Positions 26,536-32,000 of a DNA stretch of 32,000 nt are shown piece by piece; position 1 is the first letter of the stretch, and the number at the start of each line of letters is the position of its first letter. The notes under the pieces were generated by a model that ran no database searches, was not told where the DNA came from, and saw only the letters and a program-made list of their open reading frames with translations. Source of the DNA: Candidatus Heimdallarchaeota archaeon B3_Heim. Its GTDB lineage: Archaea; Asgardarchaeota; Heimdallarchaeia; Hodarchaeales; Hodarchaeaceae. A program made the position numbers and the translations under genes. The DNA is taken from assembly GCA_003144275.1 (NCBI GenBank), contig NJBF01000016.1, positions 47,780-79,779 of the forward strand. Reading direction: 5' to 3'.

Positions 26536-28281
26536 TTAGTCTGAAACCAACAGTAGTTCTTTATACGAAGAACATTCATATAGTTCTAATATTAAATCGT
26601 CGATTTCGTCTTTCTGCATAATTCGAGGCTGTGTTGAAGGGTGAGAATTCTTGAATTGAGTTTCAATTGTCCCGAGAATCTTTTCATTATCCTCTGGAGG
26701 TCGAATTGGAAGACGTTTCAGATTTTTGATTGAAATTGCATTTGTATATTTTGATCCAAGGTTAAATTGATTTTCATAATACCAATGCATAAGACTAGAA
26801 TTCAGTATTGCTAAAATATAGTAAAGATAAATTGGTTTTTTTCGCCATTGTTCCTTTAACCGTAAATTGTAAACATTCTGAGTTGTAAGAGTGTTATTTA
26901 AATCAATTGCAGCACAGGGAAATTGCTTTATTTTTTGTAACACAATTTTTGGTGATTTGTAGACATTTCGATTCTTTTTAGATTTAAATTCTATTGTGTC
27001 GTTAAAAAAATGAGTAGATTTAATATAATAATGGTTAAAATCATCACCCGTAAGTATTGGTGTAATATGCTCTGACGATTTACTGGGATTTATTAGGAAT
27101 TGGATCAATAATTGACTTTTATCTAGAATCTCATGACATTGAGGACATTCAACTCTAGGTTTTCTACTTGATAATGGTACCCACGATGTACAGAAATTAC
27201 AGTACATTACTCCTCCTTTTTTACTTAGCTCTTCACCCCGCTGTATTGTTACATATTCTTCTAATCCTTTTGTATTTTTCTTAATTTGCTCTAATACTTG
27301 GAAAGACGTTTTATCAGTTATTTTCGTAAATATATAATCAGTATTGGTCATGTAGACAGTTTGTAGAATTCTTTCCTCATTATCTACAAGAATTTCATTC
27401 TTGGATTTGATTTTATCAGTGAAGAGAGCTACAATTGATATGAATTCCTGTGTTACATGATCAAATAAATCGTGAAAAAACAGAGATTTAATCCGATAGT
27501 TATGGAGAATGAATTTTCGCAGATTTACATATTGATTAGACCGTGTTAAGTTTTTTGGGAGATATAATGCTAAGTAACCACTATTTGATCTTAGTAAATA
27601 TGTGCTTTGATATACAAATAGTTCAAACGAGTTCAAATTTCGTCTTGAACCTGATAGTTTAAATTTTTTGAAATAATGAGCTCTTTCCTCTTTTGTTAAT
27701 TGACTTCCCCAAGGTGGATTTCCAATAATGAGGTCGAATCCAGGAAAATTCTCAGGTATCTTTTTCCAAGAAGTAAAATCACTTTCTAGAAAATTCCCTA
27801 TCACTAGATTGTTCTTCATCCACTTTGGAATGATTTCTTTGTCTATATCCCAGGAATGCCCGTTTAAAATTTCTTGGCATCCAAGCAGAGTTCTAGAATT
27901 TATTTCCATGCCATATAGGTTGTTCAATATTTTCCTTCGATAATTTTTTGTCTTATTTATTCCTAATTCGGCAAGTCGTTGAGTTATAGAATCAGAAATT
28001 CCAAGTAACAAACGATAGGACGTTATTATAAATTCTCCTTGCCCTACTGAACCGTCAAGGATCGTAAAGCTTAGTATGTACGACAATAGTTCTTCTAGGA
28101 CTTTAGTATTGCCTGAATTGATAATATTTTCAACAGATGAATGTGAAACATTAAACCTACGTCGCATTTGAACTATAATTGCTTGTTGAATGGCTCGATT
28201 CGTCAATTCAAATGCGAGTGAACTTGGAGTGTTAAATGCACCCAAGGATTTTTTGAATTCACTATTCTTTATTGGATCCAA
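26536..28281 (-). CDS. Gamma-class N6-adenine DNA methyltransferase (Eco57I/TaqI-like) with a Zn-finger insertion in the TRD
   Basis: Motif X 'LGAFNTP', motif I variant 'ILDGSVGQGEF', 'YGMEIN', motif IV 'IIGNPPWG', TaqI-C-like 'KIVLQKI', 'YILAILNSSL', 'LKRLPI'. No nuclease domain. Confidence 0.88.
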   Translation of the reverse strand: MDPIKNSEFKKSLGAFNTPSSLAFELTNRAIQQAIIVQMRRRFNVSHSSVENIINSGNTKVLEELLSYILSFTILDGSVGQGEFIITSYRLLLGISDSITQRLAELGINKTKNYRRKILNNLYGMEINSRTLLGCQEILNGHSWDIDKEIIPKWMKNNLVIGNFLESDFTSWKKIPENFPGFDLIIGNPPWGSQLTKEERAHYFKKFKLSGSRRNLNSFELFVYQSTYLLRSNSGYLALYLPKNLTRSNQYVNLRKFILHNYRIKSLFFHDLFDHVTQEFISIVALFTDKIKSKNEILVDNEERILQTVYMTNTDYIFTKITDKTSFQVLEQIKKNTKGLEEYVTIQRGEELSKKGGVMYCNFCTSWVPLSSRKPRVECPQCHEILDKSQLLIQFLINPSKSSEHITPILTGDDFNHYYIKSTHFFNDTIEFKSKKNRNVYKSPKIVLQKIKQFPCAAIDLNNTLTTQNVYNLRLKEQWRKKPIYLYYILAILNSSLMHWYYENQFNLGSKYTNAISIKNLKRLPIRPPEDNEKILGTIETQFKNSHPSTQPRIMQKDEIDDLILELYECSSYKELLLVSD

Positions 28282-28441
28282 TATTATTCTACCTAAATGC
28301 TATATCTTCTTTTGAGAGCTGAATAGTGTTTTACAGGTCACACTACAAAAGATAGGATTTAAACTCTGCGATCAAAAATATTGCATTCCATAATTTGATT
28401 AGAGAGAAATTTTTATACTCACACAATTTATGTGAAGTGAA

Positions 28442-28894
28442 ATGAAAGGTCTAACTCATGTCTTCTTTGGGGTAGGACTTGTTAGTGCTATTTTAGCTTA
28501 CTTACAGGTACCCATAGGCTTATGGGGAATCGGTACATTTATTCTAGCACCGATATTTTCTCGTCTACCCGATTTTGATCAAAAAATTGCGAAAATTACG
28601 TTTAATCAGCTTATTCCCCACCGAGGTATACTTTCACATAATTTTTTATATGGACTTCCAATATTTTTGTGTTTCTATGTATCTGATATCCCAATATTAT
28701 TGGTAGCGCTTATCTCAGTATTTGGAGCTCTTTTTCTGCACGTTTTCGTTGATGCATTTAATTCTGGAGGTGTTTGGTTCGGATTCTTTCATCTATCTTT
28801 CGTCAATTTTAGATGGGATTCGTTTTGGGGGAATTCAATTTTTAAGCTCGTAGGGATAGGATTACTAGGAATATCAATTCTCGTTTATATATAA
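28442..28894 (+). CDS. YdjM-like membrane-bound metal-dependent hydrolase
   Basis: 'MKGLTH', 'LPDFD', 'HRGILSH', 'LHVFVDAFN..GV'. Confidence 0.88.
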   Translation: MKGLTHVFFGVGLVSAILAYLQVPIGLWGIGTFILAPIFSRLPDFDQKIAKITFNQLIPHRGILSHNFLYGLPIFLCFYVSDIPILLVALISVFGALFLHVFVDAFNSGGVWFGFFHLSFVNFRWDSFWGNSIFKLVGIGLLGISILVYI

Positions 28895-28930
28895 TCTAAA
28901 TAAAATTCACTGTCTGGAGAGCGATTCAAA

Positions 28931-29641
28931 ATGGTCGAACCAATATATCTTACCGATATGTACCAAAAAGAGTTTGAAGCGGAAGTTGTTTCTGTAACTG
29001 ATGGTAAATTTATCGTACTTAATCAAACAGCCTTTTATCCTAAGTCAGGAGGAGTTGCCAACGATCAAGGTCTAATTACCCGTGACAATGATGAATTTAA
29101 TGTTGTTTATGTAGGTAAATTTAGTGGTAAAATTTCTCATGAGGTGGATAAGCCAGGTTTAAAAGTAGGTGATAAAATAATTGGAAAATTAGATTGGGAT
29201 CGCCGTTACACATTGATGCGATACCATACAGCTGCCCATGTATTATCAGGCGCTTTTTATCTTAATTTAAAAGCTAAAATAACCGGGAATGAGATTTCGG
29301 TTGACCAGGGAAGAGTTGATTTTAATTTGGAAAACTTTGACCGAGTACTTATAGAGCAAGAAGTAAACAATTCGAACAGAATAATTTCCAAAGATCATTC
29401 AGTGGAAGTGTATTCTCTTGATAGGAAAGAAGTTGAGGCAGATCCTGATCTAACGAAACTAGCAATGGGTTTACCTAAAAATATTCAAAAAATACGAATT
29501 GTTGATATCAAAACCTTTGACAGACAACCTGATGGCGGGTGTCATGTCAGATCGCTAAAGGAAATAGGTAATATAAAGATTAAAAAACTTGTGAATAAAG
29601 GAAAGAATAATCGTCGTTTATATTTCACAATCGAATCTTAA
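28931..29641 (+). CDS. alaX: Alanyl-tRNA editing protein AlaX (medium form)
   Basis: 'YLTDMYQKEFEA', 'LNQTAFYPKSGG', 'DWDRRY.LMRYHTAAH', 'DGGCHV..L.EIG', 'NKGKNNRR'. Confidence 0.95.
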   Translation: MVEPIYLTDMYQKEFEAEVVSVTDGKFIVLNQTAFYPKSGGVANDQGLITRDNDEFNVVYVGKFSGKISHEVDKPGLKVGDKIIGKLDWDRRYTLMRYHTAAHVLSGAFYLNLKAKITGNEISVDQGRVDFNLENFDRVLIEQEVNNSNRIISKDHSVEVYSLDRKEVEADPDLTKLAMGLPKNIQKIRIVDIKTFDRQPDGGCHVRSLKEIGNIKIKKLVNKGKNNRRLYFTIES

Positions 29642-29653
29642 AGGTGAAAAAAA

Positions 29654-31009
29654 ATGGAAATAGTAGTCATAGGAGGAAATGCTGCTGGCTTAAGTGCAGC
29701 TAGTGCTATCAGGAGAATACACCACGATTGGAAGATCGATGTATATGAAAAAGATCAATATATCTCTTTTGGTTCGTGCGGTATCCCGTACTATGTTTCA
29801 GAAACCGTTGAAAATCTTAATAGTTTAATCACTCTCACACCTGAAATAGTAGAGAAGAAAAGGAAAATCCCCGTTCATTTGATGAACGAGGTAACTGATG
29901 TTGATTTTAACTCAAAAACCTTAACAATTTTGGATAAGAATACAAAATCTCAGTATTATCGTTCTTATAAAATTCTAATTATCGCTACAGGGGCACACGC
30001 AACCTCCTCCTCAGAATTAAATCTTGAACATGAACGAATATTTTACGTGCATAATCTTAGTCATGCTGAAAAATTAAGAACTTTCTTGAAGACCCCTAAC
30101 CATAAAATTCAACCTGTGGCCATAATCGGAGCAGGATACATAGGATTAGAGATGCTGGAAGCATATAAAGCACAAGGGATTAATGATATTACGATAATTG
30201 GGCCTCGTCTTGTCTTTCGATCACAAAGCCAAAAATATTTACTTAAAGAACTGAAATTACATGAGATTAAGGTGATCCTTGGGAAAAGAGTAAGTCAACT
30301 AGAAGGTCTATCAAAGGACAGAATTAAAATTCATCTCGATGATCATTCATCATTAGAAACAGATTTACTACAAATTTCTATTGGTGTTTCACCTGCAACT
30401 GACATCTTTAAGAATAAAGGACTAAATATGCAACCAAATGGGGCAATCCTAACAGATGAATATATGAGAACTAATGTTTCTGATGTTTATGCTGCTGGGG
30501 ATTGTATTGCCTCGTACCATCAAATTTTGAAGCAACATGTTTATTATCCTTTAGCGCCTGCTGCAAATAAACAGGGACGTTTAGCTGGATCAATAATTGC
30601 TGGGAAAGAAGTTAACCCTTATCCGGGTATCGTCGGAACTTCAATCTTTAAAGTTCTTGATCTTTATTGCGCGAGAACTGGAATTTCATTAGAACAGGCT
30701 GTAGCAATGGGTTTTGATGCAGAATCTATACTGATTGAAAATAATGAGATTGCTCACTATATGGGTACAAAGAAAATGTCGGTCTTTTTGGTTTTCGACC
30801 CTAAAAGTCATCTTCTCTTGGGAGCGGAAATAACATCTCCTACTGCGCTTGGTGCAAAAAAAATTGATACGTTGGCCACAGCTTTGTCTGCAAAGATGAA
30901 AATTGAGGATATTCAGTCATTAGATTTGGCTTATGCTCCTCCATTCGCCCCAGTTTGGGATCCAATTTTAGTAGCCGCAAATATCGCAAGTAAGAAGCTT
31001 GCAAAATGA
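29654..31009 (+). CDS. cdr: CoA-disulfide reductase / NADH oxidase family flavoprotein
   Basis: 'VVIGGNAAG', redox Cys in 'SFGSCGIPY', 'IIATGA', 'IIGAGYIGLEM', 'YAAGDC', 'DLAYAPPF..VWDP'. Confidence 0.92.
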   Translation: MEIVVIGGNAAGLSAASAIRRIHHDWKIDVYEKDQYISFGSCGIPYYVSETVENLNSLITLTPEIVEKKRKIPVHLMNEVTDVDFNSKTLTILDKNTKSQYYRSYKILIIATGAHATSSSELNLEHERIFYVHNLSHAEKLRTFLKTPNHKIQPVAIIGAGYIGLEMLEAYKAQGINDITIIGPRLVFRSQSQKYLLKELKLHEIKVILGKRVSQLEGLSKDRIKIHLDDHSSLETDLLQISIGVSPATDIFKNKGLNMQPNGAILTDEYMRTNVSDVYAAGDCIASYHQILKQHVYYPLAPAANKQGRLAGSIIAGKEVNPYPGIVGTSIFKVLDLYCARTGISLEQAVAMGFDAESILIENNEIAHYMGTKKMSVFLVFDPKSHLLLGAEITSPTALGAKKIDTLATALSAKMKIEDIQSLDLAYAPPFAPVWDPILVAANIASKKLAK

Positions 31010-31165
31010 GAATATTATAATCTTAGATAAACAATTAAGTTTCTTAGTTAGTTATTCATTCACAGTAACATTTGAAGACAAGATCAGTTTTTGGATTTGC
31101 CACAATCATTTTACTTAAGAATGTTAATGTTTAAGGAAGTACGTGATTCATTTTATGGGTCCACC

Positions 31166-31315
31166 TGAATCGATTGTTGATTACTCTCGCGTAAGAGTAA
31201 CAATATTGATTCACCTCTAGTACACAAAACGGGAATGGCTTGCCAATCCAGCAAATCATTCCCAATTCTCCATAAATTCTTTTTATTATAAATTTAAGAA
31301 TAAATTAGCTGGATT
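31166..31315 (+). ncRNA. Candidate structured RNA in the cdr-ridA convergent spacer (two hairpins plus a possible pseudoknot)
   Basis: Hairpin 31166-31213 (tgaatcga/ttgattca, ttactct/agagtaa). Hairpin 31231-31263 (gggaatgg/tcattccc, ttgc/gcaa). aatccagc (31245-31252) is complementary to gctggatt (31308-31315). Confidence 0.35.
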
Positions 31316-31333
31316 ACACTTCAGGAAAATCAA

Positions 31334-31690
31334 TCAACGCATAGCAATAACGTCTATCATTAATCCTGCATTTAAAGGTAGTGCAGCTGCTTGTAAAGTT
31401 GATCGAGTTGGAGGGTCACTTGGGAATGATTTTGCATATTCCTCATTAACTTGTTTGAAATCCTCAATATTTGTGAGATATATTGTAGTTTTGACCACAT
31501 CGCTCATAAAAGCTCCAGCATTCTCTAATAAATTTTCTATCTTCTTCATTATCTGTTGTGTTTGAACTCTAATGTTTGCATCTAGGTCAGTGGCGATTTG
31601 TCCAGAAAGAAAGATAAAATTTGCTCCTGAAGCAACTATTGCTGGAGAATATGGCCCAACAACCTTTCCTGTTTGAATTATTTGTCGCAT
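31334..31690 (-). CDS. ridA: RidA (YjgF/YER057c/UK114) enamine deaminase
   Basis: 'GPYSPA', 'FLSGQI', 'VVKTTIYL', 'NEEY..F....PTRS', 'LPLN'. Confidence 0.93.
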   Translation of the reverse strand: MRQIIQTGKVVGPYSPAIVASGANFIFLSGQIATDLDANIRVQTQQIMKKIENLLENAGAFMSDVVKTTIYLTNIEDFKQVNEEYAKSFPSDPPTRSTLQAAALPLNAGLMIDVIAMR

Positions 31691-31704
31691 GACTAAATTT
31701 GTCA

Positions 31705-32000
31705 GACAACTCTTTAAAAAGAATTCTGGACAGGATGAGTCACATATCCGCTATCCAGCAGGATAGTAACAAGAGAAGAGTTACTGTCCGTGGGGACTAC
31801 TTGGGAATCAGGATGAAACCGGTGAAGAATATTGCTAGCAGCATTAATATCAGCATGTAAATGAACTCCGCATTGCAGACAGTAAAAGGAACCACGAGAT
31901 TTACGGTTCTTTTTATCTATATAGCCACACTTACTACACATTTGAGAGGTATACGCCTCGTTCACTCGAACTACTGTCATACCCACGAGTTTGGCTTTAT
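31705..32000 (-). mobile_element. Right end of an IS200/IS605-family element (tnpB 3' end plus omegaRNA/right-end hairpins); continues beyond the window
   Basis: tnpB C-terminus followed on the minus strand by hairpins agtaac/gttact, ctatcc-tgct-ggatag and aattctt-ttta-aagagtt (31708-31725). The boundary near 31701-31705 is approximate. Confidence 0.7.
31714..32000 (-). CDS. tnpB: TnpB RNA-guided endonuclease, C-terminal fragment (5' part outside the window)
   Basis: Frame open to the edge: 'KAKLVGMTVVRVNEAYTSQMCSKCG...FYCLQCG..LHADINAASNI', i.e. the Zn ribbon and RuvC-III Asp. Confidence 0.93.
   Translation of the reverse strand, partial: KAKLVGMTVVRVNEAYTSQMCSKCGYIDKKNRKSRGSFYCLQCGVHLHADINAASNILHRFHPDSQVVPTDSNSSLVTILLDSGYVTHPVQNSF

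Noticed and set aside
395-27943. Short ORFs in the track overlapping longer genes (e.g. 395-706, 2323-2511, 2531-2845, 4738-4950, 6909-7193, 13332-13862, 14946-15287, 16837-17238, 22600-22884, 27728-27943)
   Set aside because: They lie antisense to, or out of frame within, genes with clear family motifs and have no motifs of their own. They are shadow ORFs.
20661-28441. A restriction endonuclease or HsdS/HsdR gene among the methyltransferases
   Set aside because: All gaps are under about 160 bp, and no ORF shows PD-(D/E)xK, HNH, GIY-YIG or helicase motifs.
31166-31213. Hairpin after cdr as a SECIS element / selenocysteine recoding
   Set aside because: No UGA/GA kink-turn core on the 3' arm, and no gene in the window has an in-frame TGA followed by continued homology.
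1-32000. CRISPR array, tRNA or rRNA genes
   Set aside because: No regularly spaced 25-40 bp repeats (the only long exact repeat is the two-copy coding repeat in copA), no T-arm/cloverleaf and no rRNA-like GC-rich block were seen by eye. tRNAscan-SE would be the definitive check.

Overview
A gene-dense, AT-rich archaeal chromosomal segment. An Asgard/Heimdallarchaeia-like origin is an inference from TFB, AlaX-M, an archaeal COG2522-type HTH, GGTGA-type RBSs, a CTERM-like sorting tail and several bacterial-type metabolic genes. About 28 real CDSs: a 5'-truncated Mod-like DNA MTase, yjbQ, a possible HEPN-fold orphan, tfb, an HTH regulator, hflX, a membrane-anchored S8 protease, a PPi-type PFK, a Zn-ribbon membrane protein, a BMP-mtnP-metK nucleoside/SAM cluster, a truncated Lrp/AsnC gene, a Cu+-ATPase (CopA), a degenerate stand-alone PEP-synthase N-terminal domain, an AAA+/wHTH protein, a GT-C glycosyltransferase, an RNase J-like enzyme, a HAD hydrolase, four clustered DNA MTases, a YdjM-like hydrolase, alaX, cdr, ridA and the 3' end of an IS200/IS605 tnpB. 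Best leads: (1) CopA carries an unrecognised, duplicated Cys/His/Met-rich N-terminal domain that looks like fused desulforedoxin-type units; (2) four structurally different DNA methyltransferases sit within about 6 kb with no restriction endonuclease, interleaved with a HAD hydrolase and a beta-CASP nuclease; (3) a PEP-synthase-like pseudoenzyme; (4) candidate structured RNAs (a two-state metK leader, a pseudoknotted cdr-ridA spacer, and the tnpB omegaRNA whose guide would run into ridA). I saw no tRNA, rRNA or CRISPR array. All calls rest on motifs recognised by eye; no database searches were run.
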